52,464 nucleotides of DNA, from contig JBAZSS010000004.1 of the NCBI GenBank assembly GCA_041662285.1, positions 1-52,464 of the forward strand, written 5' to 3'. This document shows, in pieces, positions 42,308 through 51,240 of this stretch (positions are counted from its first letter, which is position 1; the number at the start of each line of letters is the position of its first letter). The notes below the pieces were generated by a model, which saw nothing but the letters and a program-made list of their open reading frames with translations, was not told the DNA's origin and ran no database searches. The position numbers and the translations under genes were made by a program. Source of the stretch: Parcubacteria group bacterium (GTDB lineage Bacteria > Patescibacteriota > Minisyncoccia > Moranbacterales > UBA2206).

Positions 42308-42326
42308 TACAATCTTACTTTAAATC

Positions 42327-42968
42327 TTAGAGCTCTTTAAGAATGCTTTCAAACACTTTTTCAATTTCCTTATCCCCATCAATTTCGATAAACTTGCCTT
42401 GTTTTTTATAATATTCACTCATCGGCATTGTTTCCTTTTCAAAGATTTTTAATCTTTTCATCACGCCTTCCTTGGTATCATCAATCCGTTGAATTATTTT
42501 TCCCTCACATATATTACATTTTTCGTCTTCATTTTGAATATCTTTGCCCAGAATAAAAACTTTTTTGCATTTTTCACAAATTCTTCTTTTGGAAATTCTC
42601 TTAAGTGATTCTTCTTCAGAAAGCTTGATTAGAATTGCTTTATCAATCTTTCTTCCAGATTCCTTAATTACTTCTTCAAAATAATTAAGTTGTTCAATAT
42701 TTCTTGGTACCCCATCAAAAACAACTCCGCGTTCGCGTGGAAGTCCCATAATCTTTAAATGAATCACTTCGCGCAAAATTCTATCACTAACTAATTCTTT
42801 TTTAATATTAATAATTTCATGAATTTGCTTTCCTAATGGTGTATCAAGCTTCGCCACTTCACGCAAAAACTTTCCCATATCAATATGTTCTAGATCAAAT
42901 TTTTGTGCTAACTTGGACGCTTGCGTTCCCTTGCCAGATCCTTGCGGACCCAAAATTACTAAATTCAT
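42327..42968 (-). CDS. adk: adenylate kinase with a Cys4 zinc lid
   Basis: 213-aa ORF. GPQGSGKGTQ P-loop and lid CEKC...CNIC. Confidence 0.95.
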   Translation of the reverse strand: MNLVILGPQGSGKGTQASKLAQKFDLEHIDMGKFLREVAKLDTPLGKQIHEIINIKKELVSDRILREVIHLKIMGLPRERGVVFDGVPRNIEQLNYFEEVIKESGRKIDKAILIKLSEEESLKRISKRRICEKCKKVFILGKDIQNEDEKCNICEGKIIQRIDDTKEGVMKRLKIFEKETMPMSEYYKKQGKFIEIDGDKEIEKVFESILKEL

Positions 42969-43024
42969 AGTAATGCTTTAATATTCGTGTAAATTCGTTT
43001 TTTATTAGTTGCTATTCGCGAGTC

Positions 43025-44296
43025 TTAGAAACCTTCATAATCCCTCATCACTAATTGTCCTTCAATTTGTTGGATAAGCTCGATGACCACTGAAACCACA
43101 ATTAAAAGTCCGGTACCACCGATTGAGATAGAACCGATTTTAGTAAAACCTTGAACGATGAAAGGAAGAACTGCGATAAGACCAAGAAATGTTGCACCAG
43201 TGAGCGTCACGCGATTCATAATTCTAAAAAGATATTCCGAAGTGTTTTTACCCGGACGAATTCCGGGGATGTACCCCCCTTGTTTTTGCAAATTTTCTGC
43301 AATCTTGTTTGGATCAAAAACTACAGCTGTATAAAAATAGGTAAAGGCCACCACCAAAAGGAAATATAGTGAACCATAGAAAAATTGATTTTGAAAAAAA
43401 CTTCCCACTGCTCGTGCTACGCTAGCCACCGTACCATTAGATGAACTAGCCAAAAAATTAGCAATCATCCCTGGGAAAAGCATAATAGACATTGCAAAGA
43501 TAATTGGAATCACACCTGCTTGATTGATGCGCAGTGGCAAGTGAGTATTAGTTCCACCAAACATCTTGTTTCCCCGAATTCTCTTCGCATAAGCAATTGG
43601 AATATTTCTTTGTCCTTCTGTCATAAAAACTACCGCACCGACTGCGCCAATTACAACGACTAGTAGAAAAACATAGGCGAAAAATTGAGTTGAATCCCAA
43701 GTGGATACAATGCGTGAAATTGCTGAAGGTAAACTGGAAACTATTCCGGCAAAAATCAAAAGTGATACTCCGTTGCCAATCTTTTTTTCAGTGATCAATT
43801 CCCCTAGCCACATCAAAAAAATTGTTCCGGCCGTAGCCACAATCACAATAGAAAACAATCCATACGCTCCACTTGGCGCCATAATCTGCTGAGAACGAAA
43901 AAGAGAAATCATACCAATTGTTTGCAAAGCTGCCAGTGGCACCGCAATCCATCTGGTCCACTGATTGAATTTTTCTCTCCCAGCTTCGCCTTCTTCTTTG
44001 TAGATTTGTTCCAGTCTTGGAATAATCATAGTCATAAGTTGCATGATAATTGAAGAAGTAATGTATGGTCCGACTCCAAGCATCACAATAGAAATGCTCG
44101 ACAGTCCTCCGCCGGAGAAAAGATTAAGTAGTCCAAAAAATTGATTACCTTCAAAAAACATCTTGAGACGCTCTTGATCAATTCCGGGAATAGGGATGTT
44201 AGCAGCTAGGCGAAAAATCACCAAAAGCGCCAAGATAAAAAATATCTTGTTTCTGAGTTCTTTGACTTTGAAGATTTGAATTATTTTTTGAAACAT
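43025..44296 (-). CDS. secY: preprotein translocase subunit SecY
   Basis: Ten-TM ORF in the canonical position after L15. Start taken at MFQKIIQIF (ATG at 44296); the 12 extra codons of the ORF read into an intergenic repeat. Confidence 0.95.
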   Translation of the reverse strand: MFQKIIQIFKVKELRNKIFFILALLVIFRLAANIPIPGIDQERLKMFFEGNQFFGLLNLFSGGGLSSISIVMLGVGPYITSSIIMQLMTMIIPRLEQIYKEEGEAGREKFNQWTRWIAVPLAALQTIGMISLFRSQQIMAPSGAYGLFSIVIVATAGTIFLMWLGELITEKKIGNGVSLLIFAGIVSSLPSAISRIVSTWDSTQFFAYVFLLVVVIGAVGAVVFMTEGQRNIPIAYAKRIRGNKMFGGTNTHLPLRINQAGVIPIIFAMSIMLFPGMIANFLASSSNGTVASVARAVGSFFQNQFFYGSLYFLLVVAFTYFYTAVVFDPNKIAENLQKQGGYIPGIRPGKNTSEYLFRIMNRVTLTGATFLGLIAVLPFIVQGFTKIGSISIGGTGLLIVVSVVIELIQQIEGQLVMRDYEGF

Positions 44297-44351
44297 AAGT
44301 TCAACGAACAATGACCAGTGAACAATGAACAATAAAAACTATACTTTTTTT

Positions 44352-44819
44352 TTATTGCTCCTTGTCTTTTGTTCCTTGATCATTGATTACTTTTCCACCG
44401 ACTTTTTCAATTGCCTCTTTGGCTGATTTTGATAGAAGAATGTCATTACTAAAAGAAAGTTTTTTAGAGAGCTTACTTGCACCAAGAATTTTGATTTTTT
44501 CCCGCTTCACAACTTTGCCGAGTAATTTTGTTTTGACTAAAGATTCAACATTCACAGTTTCGCCATCCTTAAACATCTTTTCAATTTGCTCCAAAGACAA
44601 CACTGTTTTTTTAGCTTCTCTTGATTTAAATCCTTTTTTCTTTTTCATGTGATCGATAAGTGTTGAACGTCCACCTTCAAATAAAGGATCGACATGCGCT
44701 CCACTTCGCGCTTTTTGCCCCTTATTACCCTTGCCACAATAGGTGCCTTTTTTTCCACCTCGTCCAATAGTCTTTCTTTTCTTCTTTTTGCTATTAAGTT
44801 TTAGAGTATTAACTTGCAT
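44352..44819 (-). CDS. rplO: 50S ribosomal protein L15 with a repeat-derived C-terminal tail
   Basis: 155-aa ORF. GRGGKKGTYCGKGNKGQKARSG. The last 11 codons (INDQGTKDKEQ) lie in the GAACAAT-word repeat. Confidence 0.92.
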   Translation of the reverse strand: MQVNTLKLNSKKKKRKTIGRGGKKGTYCGKGNKGQKARSGAHVDPLFEGGRSTLIDHMKKKKGFKSREAKKTVLSLEQIEKMFKDGETVNVESLVKTKLLGKVVKREKIKILGASKLSKKLSFSNDILLSKSAKEAIEKVGGKVINDQGTKDKEQ

Positions 44820-44826
44820 ATTAGTT

Positions 44827-44904
44827 CACAAAATTATACAGAATTTTACAGAATGACACGGATTTTTTTCTGTGTTGCTCTGTCGTTTTCTGTATCTTTC
44901 TGTT
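44827..44904. repeat. F2 hairpin repeat, S5-L15 spacer (where L30 would normally be)
   Basis: CACAAAATTATACAGAATTTTACAGAATGACACGGA-T7-CTGTGTTGCTCTGTCGTTTTCTGTATCTTTCTGTT. Confidence 0.85.
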
Positions 44905-44908
44905 TATT

Positions 44909-45400
44909 TTATTTGGCTCTTTCGCCTCTTTTTTTCGAATCTTGAAATGTTCTCAAAGCTTCGATAGTGGCTCTAGCTACATTTAATTTGTTGGCCGTTC
45001 CCAATGATTTCGAAACGATGTCTTTGATTCCAGCCAAATCAACAACAGCGCGCACCGCTCCACCCGCCACAATTCCTCGTCCTTCTGGAGCAGGTTTGAG
45101 CATAATTTTAGCACTGCCTGATTTTATAAACATATCATGCGGGATGGTGTTTTTTTTGACATCAACATTGATCATATTTTTCTTACCGTCATCAAAAGCT
45201 TTCTTGATTGCATCTGTCACATCTGCTCCTTTGCCAACGCCCACACCTACTTTTCCTTTTCGATTACCAATAACTAAGGTAGCGCGAAAACGAAATCTTC
45301 TTCCGCCCTTAACCACACGCGTCACCCTAGCCAAATCTAAAAGCTTCTGATCGTATTCAGGTTTTTCTTTTTTAGTTCTTGTTCGTTTGTCTCTACCCAT
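44909..45400 (-). CDS. rpsE: 30S ribosomal protein S5
   Basis: 163-aa ORF. VTRVVKGGRRFRFRATLVIGNRKGKVGVGVGKG. Confidence 0.95.
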   Translation of the reverse strand: MGRDKRTRTKKEKPEYDQKLLDLARVTRVVKGGRRFRFRATLVIGNRKGKVGVGVGKGADVTDAIKKAFDDGKKNMINVDVKKNTIPHDMFIKSGSAKIMLKPAPEGRGIVAGGAVRAVVDLAGIKDIVSKSLGTANKLNVARATIEALRTFQDSKKRGERAK

Positions 45401-45415
45401 AAAATTTTTCGTAAA

Positions 45416-45763
45416 TTAAAATTTTAGTCCACCTTCCCTAGCTCCCTGCGCTAGCGCCTTTATTTTTCCATGATATTTATAACCACTTCTGTCGTATACA
45501 ATTTCACTAATCTTTTTCTCTAAGCATTTTTTAGCTATCAAAATTCCAACATTTTTTGCACCTTCGATATCGTTTTTAGCCTGCTTTATTTCTTTGAGAT
45601 ACGCCGAAACTATTGTAGTTGATTTCTCATCATCAATAACCTGAGCAGATATGCTCGTGAGACTTTTGAAAACTGCCAAACGCGGTCTTTTCGCGTCACC
45701 CTTAATCTTAGCTTTTATTCGCTTTTTTCGATGTAATCTTAAATTGTTTCTACTATTTTTCAT
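45416..45763 (-). CDS. rplR: 50S ribosomal protein L18
   Basis: 115-aa ORF. RLAVFKSLTSISAQVID ... YHGKIKALAQGAREGGLKF. Confidence 0.95.
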   Translation of the reverse strand: MKNSRNNLRLHRKKRIKAKIKGDAKRPRLAVFKSLTSISAQVIDDEKSTTIVSAYLKEIKQAKNDIEGAKNVGILIAKKCLEKKISEIVYDRSGYKYHGKIKALAQGAREGGLKF

Positions 45764-45765
45764 AA

Positions 45766-45849
45766 ATTCAAATTGTCGCTAATGTTTATACTAATGTATT
45801 CGAATTAATTATTCGCATTCATTCGTTTTACCATTCGCGAATATTAGCA
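45766..45849. repeat. F3 hairpin repeat, L6-L18 spacer
   Basis: ATTCAAATTGTCGCTAATGTTTATACTAATGTATTCGAAT... The first ~45 nt are nearly identical to 51241..51285. Confidence 0.8.
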
Positions 45850-45852
45850 TTT

Positions 45853-46398
45853 CTACTTTACGGCGCCGGCTTTTTTACCAACTTTTCTTCTAACTTTTTC
45901 TCCTTGATATCTAAAACCCTTTCCCTTATATGGTTCAACTTTTTTTAGGGCTCTGATATTAGCTGCGAATTGTCCTACTTTTTGCTTATCCGATCCGGAG
46001 ATTGAAAGAACATTATTATCTTCAATTTTGACTGTCAAGCCTTCCGGAATTTCCTCTTCAACTGGATGAGAAAAACCGAGAGCCATAACCAATTTTTTTC
46101 CTTGTAAGGACATACGAAACCCCACTCCCTGCAGTTCTAGTTTTTTTTCAAAACCATCTTTGGCACCAACAATCATATTGTTCACTAGTGCTCGCGTAAG
46201 ACCCCAAATAGCATTGGCTTCCTTGGTGTTTCTGATGCGAGAAAATTTCATTTCTCCGTCAGATATTTCCACTTTAATTTGTCGACTAATTTCCAAATTC
46301 AAAGTGCCTTTTGGACCTTTAACTTCCAATTTTTCACCATCGAGCTTAATCTCGATTCCTTGCGGTATAGCTATTATTTTTTTCCCTATTTTACTCAT
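45853..46398 (-). CDS. rplF: 50S ribosomal protein L6
   Basis: 181-aa ORF. SKIGKKIIAIPQGIEIKLDGEKLEVKGPKG ... YKGKGFRY. Confidence 0.95.
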   Translation of the reverse strand: MSKIGKKIIAIPQGIEIKLDGEKLEVKGPKGTLNLEISRQIKVEISDGEMKFSRIRNTKEANAIWGLTRALVNNMIVGAKDGFEKKLELQGVGFRMSLQGKKLVMALGFSHPVEEEIPEGLTVKIEDNNVLSISGSDKQKVGQFAANIRALKKVEPYKGKGFRYQGEKVRRKVGKKAGAVK

Positions 46399-46420
46399 TT
46401 TTTTACTGCTTTATTAAATT

Positions 46421-46462
46421 ATTCGTAATTCGTACATTCGTATTAATTCGTAATTTGTAAGG
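46421..46462. repeat. F1 repeat, single arm, S8-L6 spacer
   Basis: ATTCGTAATTCGTACATTCGTATTAATTCGTAATTTGTAAGG abuts the S8 stop codon. Confidence 0.7.
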
Positions 46463-46463
46463 A

Positions 46464-46856
46464 CTACCAAACTTCACAAATATATTCTCCGCCTAATCCA
46501 AGCTTTCTTGACTCTGCTCCCGTCATCACACCTTTGGAGGTAGAGATAATAGCTGTGCCGTAATTATTCTTAACATTCTTAATATCTTTGTTCTTGATAT
46601 AGATTCTTTGTCCTGATTTAGAAATTTTCTTGATTCCCTTAATAGCAGGAATTTTTCTGGTTGGAGTAATTTGATAATATTTCAAAATTATCTTTATCAA
46701 ACCTTCTGCATCCATAGAAGTTTTTTCTACAAAGCCTTCTTTTTCTAAAATCCCAGCTAAGGCAATTCTAAGTTTAGATGGTTTTATAGCCACTTCTTTA
46801 TGCCCAGCCATCTGAGCATTTCTTATTTTAGTTAACATTTCAGAAATTTTGTCCAT
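46464..46856 (-). CDS. rpsH: 30S ribosomal protein S8
   Basis: 130-aa ORF. ISEMLTKIRNAQMAGHKEV ... GGEYICEVW. Confidence 0.95.
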   Translation of the reverse strand: MDKISEMLTKIRNAQMAGHKEVAIKPSKLRIALAGILEKEGFVEKTSMDAEGLIKIILKYYQITPTRKIPAIKGIKKISKSGQRIYIKNKDIKNVKNNYGTAIISTSKGVMTGAESRKLGLGGEYICEVW

Positions 46857-46871
46857 AATTTATAAAATTAA

Positions 46872-47057
46872 TTACCAACTTGCTTTTTTAACTCCAGGGA
46901 TTTGTCCAGTAATAGCCAACTCTCTAAAACATATTCGGCATATATCAAATTGTCTCATATACCCATGCTTTCTTCCGCACTTCCAACAACGTCTGACTAT
47001 TCTCGTCGAAAATTTAGGTTTTTTGCGGGCTCTTGCTTCGGTTGATTTCTTCGCCAT
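46872..47057 (-). CDS. rpsN: 30S ribosomal protein S14, zinc-binding type Z
   Basis: 61-aa [23 protein letters not shown] ... PGVKKASW. Confidence 0.95.
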   Translation of the reverse strand: MAKKSTEARARKKPKFSTRIVRRCWKCGRKHGYMRQFDICRICFRELAITGQIPGVKKASW

Positions 47058-47068
47058 AATTTAATCTT

Positions 47069-47146
47069 ACATAATTACACAGAATTCTTACAGAACGACA
47101 CGGAATTTTTTCTGTATTGTTCTGTAATCTTCTGTGTTTTTCTGTT
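47069..47146. repeat. F2 hairpin repeat, L5-S14 spacer
   Basis: ACATAATTACACAGAATTCTTACAGAACGACACGGAA-TTTT-TTCTGTATTGTTCTGTAATCTTCTGTGTTTTTCTGTT. Confidence 0.85.
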
Positions 47147-47690
47147 ATTGTTTAATCTCCATTGGGAATCCCAATAATTTAACCAGTGCCAAGCCTTTCG
47201 CTCTATCCTGTGCATCCGTGACTACGGTCACTTCTAGGCTGAAAGTATTCTTAACTTGTTCCGGCAAAATTTCTGGAAAAATCAATTGTTCTTTTATCCC
47301 AATATTCAAATTACCACTCGTGTCAACAGCTGAAGTTTTCAAGCCATGGAAATCTTTCACGCGAGGAAGAGCAGCCTTAACTAATCTTTCGATAAAACTC
47401 CACATTCTTTTTCCTCGCAAAGTCACTTTCATCCCAATTTCTAATCCTTCTCTTGTCTTGAATCCAGCAATTGATTTTTTTGCTTTAGTTGGTAGGGGTT
47501 TTTGTCCAGTAATAACGGTGAGGGTTTTCGCGATATCTTCAACTTGAGCAGAATCTTTCAAAAATTTTCCTATTCCGATATTGACCACGACTTTTTTTAT
47601 TTTAGGCACTTCAAAATCATTGGAAAGATTAAGTTCTTTTTTCATTTTTTCCACTATTTCTTTGCTATATTTTTCTCTAATACTAATCAT
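47145..47690 (-). CDS. rplE: 50S ribosomal protein L5
   Basis: 181-aa ORF. VPKIKKVVVNIGIG ... AGFKTREGLEIG. Confidence 0.95.
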   Translation of the reverse strand: MISIREKYSKEIVEKMKKELNLSNDFEVPKIKKVVVNIGIGKFLKDSAQVEDIAKTLTVITGQKPLPTKAKKSIAGFKTREGLEIGMKVTLRGKRMWSFIERLVKAALPRVKDFHGLKTSAVDTSGNLNIGIKEQLIFPEILPEQVKNTFSLEVTVVTDAQDRAKGLALVKLLGFPMEIKQ

Positions 47691-47698
47691 GTTCTTTT

Positions 47699-47806
47699 CT
47701 TTACTAATTACTAATCTTATACAAATATACTAATTTACGAATGAGATTCCTAATTTGATTTTATTCGTACATTCGTATATTTGTACTGATTCGTAATTCG
47801 TAATGG
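47699..47806. repeat. F1 hairpin repeat, L24-L5 spacer
   Basis: Left arm of ACTAAT words, right arm ATTCGTACATTCGTATATTTGTACTGATTCGTAATTCGTAATGG. Fills the whole spacer. Confidence 0.8.
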
Positions 47807-48112
47807 TTATATTTCTCCTTGGCATTTTTTACAAACTCTTTGCTTTTTTCCAGCTACTATCTTATATCCTATTCTGGTAGGTTTAGCACATTTTGGGCAA
47901 ATCAGCATAACATTGGAAATCTGAACTCTTCTTGGCACTTCAATTCTTTGTCCTTTTTCTCCTTGCTTTCTTGGTTTAGAATGTTTTTTCATTATATTCA
48001 AACCCTCTACGACAACCTTGCCGTCTTGAGGAACCGCCTGCAAAACCTTCCCGGTTTTTCCAGAGTCTTTACCTGCAAGCATTTTTACTAAATCATTTTT
48101 CTTTATCTTCAT
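47807..48112 (-). CDS. rplX: 50S ribosomal protein L24 with a C-terminal CxxC...CxxC zinc ribbon
   Basis: 101-aa ORF. KOW motif KKNDLVKMLAGKDSGKTGKV, then CPKC...CKKC. Confidence 0.93.
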   Translation of the reverse strand: MKIKKNDLVKMLAGKDSGKTGKVLQAVPQDGKVVVEGLNIMKKHSKPRKQGEKGQRIEVPRRVQISNVMLICPKCAKPTRIGYKIVAGKKQRVCKKCQGEI

Positions 48113-48120
48113 AATAATAT

Positions 48121-48200
48121 CACAGAATTACACAGAATTCTTACAGAACGACACGGAATTTTTTCTGTGTTATTCTGTTATATTCTGTATCTTTTTGTGT
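48121..48200. repeat. F2 hairpin repeat, L14-L24 spacer
   Basis: CACAGAATTACACAGAATTCTTACAGAACGACACGGAA-TTTT-TTCTGTGTTATTCTGTTATATTCTGTATCTTTTTGTG. About 90 percent identical to 47069..47146. Confidence 0.85.
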
Positions 48201-48201
48201 T

Positions 48202-48567
48202 TTATAATACTTCCGGTGCGAGAGAAATTATCTTACTAAATCCCTTGTCTCTGATTTCCCTAGCAATCGGTCCAAAAATTCTAGTTCCTTTTGGTTCCTT
48301 GTTATCCAAAATCACTGCGGCATTTTCATCAAATCTGATGTATGATCCATCTTTTCTTCTAAATTCTTTTCTTTGTCTAACAATCACGGCTCGTACTTTA
48401 TCCCCTTTTTTCACTATTCCGCGAGGCTCAGCAGTTTTTACTGAAGCTACGATAATGTCACCAATACTGGCAAAACGTCTTCTTGTTCCGCCTAAAACCT
48501 TGAAGCATTGAATCATTTTTGCTCCGCTATTATCAGCTACCTTTAATTTTGTTTGAGCTTGTATCAT
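48202..48567 (-). CDS. rplN: 50S ribosomal protein L14
   Basis: 121-aa [20 protein letters not shown]. Confidence 0.96.
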   Translation of the reverse strand: MIQAQTKLKVADNSGAKMIQCFKVLGGTRRRFASIGDIIVASVKTAEPRGIVKKGDKVRAVIVRQRKEFRRKDGSYIRFDENAAVILDNKEPKGTRIFGPIAREIRDKGFSKIISLAPEVL

Positions 48568-48573
48568 ATATTT

Positions 48574-48822
48574 CTAAACTACTTTATATTTCTTATCCTT
48601 ACTCATTGGTCGGCAAGCCACTATCTCTACCATATCGCCAAGCTTGCATTTATTTTCTTCATCATGCGCCTTATATCTTTTGGTTGATTTATATTTTTTC
48701 TGATATTTTTTATGAGTTTTGAATATATCCACAGCAACAATAGCGGTCTTATTACCCTTATCACTCACAACTCGCCCTTTCTTTTTCGCTAATATTTTAT
48801 TGTTGTTTGAATTATTTTCCAT
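48574..48822 (-). CDS. rpsQ: 30S ribosomal protein S17
   Basis: 82-aa ORF. GRVVSDKGNKTAIVAV...YKAHDEENKCKLGDMVEI. Confidence 0.93.
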   Translation of the reverse strand: MENNSNNNKILAKKKGRVVSDKGNKTAIVAVDIFKTHKKYQKKYKSTKRYKAHDEENKCKLGDMVEIVACRPMSKDKKYKVV

Positions 48823-48830
48823 TTTCTTTA

Positions 48831-49013
48831 TTATTTTTCGCTAATTAAAGTATTTATTCGAGCAATATCTTTTTTTTCTCCTCTCAGTTCTCGAGTATTT
48901 TTCACTTGCTTTACTGCAATATCAAATCTAAGCTTTCTAACTTTTTCTTGTTTTTCCAAAAGCATTTTTTTCAGCTCTTCAATATTTTTTTCTCGTAATT
49001 CTTTAATTTTCAT
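48831..49013 (-). CDS. rpmC: 50S ribosomal protein L29
   Basis: MKIKELREKNIEELKKML... Start taken at the ATG at 49013, 1 nt after the L16 stop. The ORF track start at 49031 would overlap L16. Confidence 0.88.
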   Translation of the reverse strand: MKIKELREKNIEELKKMLLEKQEKVRKLRFDIAVKQVKNTRELRGEKKDIARINTLISEK

Positions 49014-49014
49014 A

Positions 49015-49425
49015 TTATTCTTTTTCAACAAATTTAGTCTTTACATTTAATTTATAAGCTGCGAGTCGCATCGCCTCTTTTGCAATTTCTCTTTTCACGC
49101 CATCCATTTCAAATAACATCGTTCCTGGTTTTACTACTGCCACAAAATGATCAACCGCACCTTTTCCCTTACCCATCGGAGTTTCATCACCTTTTTTCGT
49201 CATTGGCTTGTCAGGAAAAATTCTGATCCAAATTTTTCCTCCGCGTTGAACATATCTAGTCATCGCACGTCTGGAAGCTTCTATCTGACGAGCTGTAACT
49301 AAACTAGCTCCCATTGATTTCAAACCAAAACTGCCAAAGCTAACTTCATTACCACGATGAGCTGTTCCGCGGATTTTCCCTCCACGCTGGATCTTTCTGT
49401 GTTTTACTTTTTTTGGCATCAACAT
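49015..49425 (-). CDS. rplP: 50S ribosomal protein L16
   Basis: 136-aa [23 protein letters not shown] ... RMGKGKG-type loop. Confidence 0.96.
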   Translation of the reverse strand: MLMPKKVKHRKIQRGGKIRGTAHRGNEVSFGSFGLKSMGASLVTARQIEASRRAMTRYVQRGGKIWIRIFPDKPMTKKGDETPMGKGKGAVDHFVAVVKPGTMLFEMDGVKREIAKEAMRLAAYKLNVKTKFVEKE

Positions 49426-49432
49426 GAATTTT

Positions 49433-49546
49433 CTTTACGAATTACTAATCAATTACTAATATACTAATTCTATTTAAACTATTTTATTCTTTATGGATTA
49501 CTGTTCGTACATTAGTATATTCGTACGAAATTAGTAATTCGTAAAG
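49433..49546. repeat. F1 hairpin repeat, S3-L16 spacer
   Basis: CTTTACGAATTACTAAT... pairs perfectly with ...ATTAGTAATTCGTAAAG (17 bp), and further inward. Confidence 0.85.
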
Positions 49547-49547
49547 A

Positions 49548-50192
49548 CTACTCAAAAACTTCACCTTTATACAACCAAACTTTTACTCCCAATGTTCCGT
49601 ATGTCGTATAGGCCGTTGCTCTGGAAAAATCAATGTCGCATCGCATAGTATGAAGTGGTAATGTTCCTTTGGCTGACCACTCTCTACGACTCATTTCAGC
49701 ACCACCTAATCTCCCAGACATTTCAATTTTCACTCCTTTAATATTTTTATTCTTCATCACTTGTTCCAAAGCTGATTTCATAGCTTTTCGAAAAGGTAAT
49801 CTTTTTTCCAATTGATCAGCAATGTTTTGTGCCATGATTGCAGCGCTTTCTTCCATATTCTTAACTTCCTGAATATCTACTTTCAAATTCATATTCTTAT
49901 TGCCTTTGAAAAAATTCTTTTGGATATAACTTTTAATATCTTCAATGCCACTGCCGCCACGTCCGATTAGCACTCCTGGTCTGGCAGTTTTAATGATCAC
50001 TCGAATCATTTTGGCCGATCTTTCTATTTCCACTTCAGATATAAAAGCCGCTTTCCATTTTTTGGAAACTCCACCTCTAATTTCAATGTCTTGCTTGAGG
50101 TTTTTTGTATATTCTCTTTTGCTAAACCATTTAGATTTCCAGTCTTGAGTTATCCCCATGCGGAATCCAATTGGATTTACTTTATGTCCCAT
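49548..50192 (-). CDS. rpsC: 30S ribosomal protein S3
   Basis: 214-aa ORF. MGHKVNPIGFRMGITQDWKSKWF and the KH domain. Confidence 0.96.
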   Translation of the reverse strand: MGHKVNPIGFRMGITQDWKSKWFSKREYTKNLKQDIEIRGGVSKKWKAAFISEVEIERSAKMIRVIIKTARPGVLIGRGGSGIEDIKSYIQKNFFKGNKNMNLKVDIQEVKNMEESAAIMAQNIADQLEKRLPFRKAMKSALEQVMKNKNIKGVKIEMSGRLGGAEMSRREWSAKGTLPLHTMRCDIDFSRATAYTTYGTLGVKVWLYKGEVFE

Positions 50193-50227
50193 GCTAATTT
50201 AATTTAATATGCTTTAGTTAGCTATTT

Positions 50228-50340
50228 CCTTACGAATTACGAATTTTTACGAATGTACTAATGTGAACTGAATAATCTTTTGCTGTTTTATTTAATTATT
50301 CGTAATTCGTATATTCGTACCGATTCGTAATTCGTAAGGG
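50228..50340. repeat. F1 long hairpin repeat, L22-S3 spacer
   Basis: Near-duplicate of 19797..19908 in the same + strand orientation, although the flanking genes run the other way. Confidence 0.85.
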
Positions 50341-50344
50341 TTAC

Positions 50345-50884
50345 TTACATTGACTTTCTTTGAAATATTTTTTTTGCCCAACCCTTATTAGGAGTTTCTT
50401 TTTTGGCACGTTCTTCACCACCCTTTTTATCTAAATCCTTGTTGGATTTTTCTTGTGTTTCTTTTTGCTCTTTCTCTTCTTTCTTTCTATCTTTTTCTCT
50501 TTTTTTCATTTCCGCTTCCATTTCTTCCTTAGTTTTTCGGTTTTTTCCTTCCACTCTTTCTTCTAGTATAATTTCTATTTTCGATGTTCTTTTCAGAATT
50601 TCACCGGCTCGTCCGAAAGCTTTCGGCATCCAGCGTTTCATTGTTGGTCCTGCTCCGATTCTAGCTTCATATACATACAAATTATTCTTATCTAAACCAA
50701 AATTATTTTCCGCATTAGCAATTGCACTTAAAAGCAATTTTTTCATGTGTGGGCTGGTTCTTTTAACATGCGCTTCAAGCTGATCGAGTGCTTCCAAGAC
50801 ATCCAGACCCTTTATCAAATCAGCCACTAATTTTGACTTTCTTGGAGCGATTCTCAAATTGTTTAGTTTTGCATTAACTTTCAT
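50345..50884 (-). CDS. rplV: 50S ribosomal protein L22 with a ~65-aa Lys/Glu-rich C-terminal extension
   Basis: 179-aa ORF. NLRIAPRKSKLVADLIKG...GPTMKRWMPKAFGRA, then KEEMEAEMKKREKDRKKEEKEQKE... Confidence 0.93.
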   Translation of the reverse strand: MKVNAKLNNLRIAPRKSKLVADLIKGLDVLEALDQLEAHVKRTSPHMKKLLLSAIANAENNFGLDKNNLYVYEARIGAGPTMKRWMPKAFGRAGEILKRTSKIEIILEERVEGKNRKTKEEMEAEMKKREKDRKKEEKEQKETQEKSNKDLDKKGGEERAKKETPNKGWAKKIFQRKSM

Positions 50885-50896
50885 AATTATTGAATA

Positions 50897-51238
50897 TTAT
50901 TTCTTGGTATCCGTTGAGGCCTTAGCGGCTTTAGCAGCGTCTAGTTCTTTTTGTTTAGCGGCTGTTTCTAATTCTTTTTGCATTTTTCCTCCATGACGGA
51001 CAAATTTCTTGGTTGGAGAAAATTCTCCTAGCTTGTGTCCAACCATTTCTTCAGAAACCAAAACTGGAATATGATCTTTGCCGTTATGCACACCAAAAGT
51101 AAAACCCACCATTTCAGGAGAAATTACGCAGGCGCGAGACCAAGTTTTAATTGGAGTTCGATCCCCCGGTTTTTTATCTTTAATTTTCTTGATGAGCCTT
51201 TCATCAATGTAAAGGCCTTTCTTTAAACTTCTTGTCAT
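50897..51238 (-). CDS. rpsS: 30S ribosomal protein S19 with a short Ala/Lys-rich C-terminal extension
   Basis: 113-aa [15 protein letters not shown]...[29 protein letters not shown]. Confidence 0.95.
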   Translation of the reverse strand: MTRSLKKGLYIDERLIKKIKDKKPGDRTPIKTWSRACVISPEMVGFTFGVHNGKDHIPVLVSEEMVGHKLGEFSPTKKFVRHGGKMQKELETAAKQKELDAAKAAKASTDTKK

Positions 51239-51240
51239 GA

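Noticed and set aside
35601-44834. A recurrent TCACAAAAT motif (minus strand AATTTTGTGA) 8-35 nt upstream of several minus-strand starts: abiEii, the NuoF-like gene, fba, the GT2 gene and L15
   Set aside because: It is partly the terminal word of the F2 hairpins and partly ordinary coding sequence (the AbiEi C-terminus). The GTGA core can act as a weak Shine-Dalgarno match, so it is not convincing as an independent regulatory motif.
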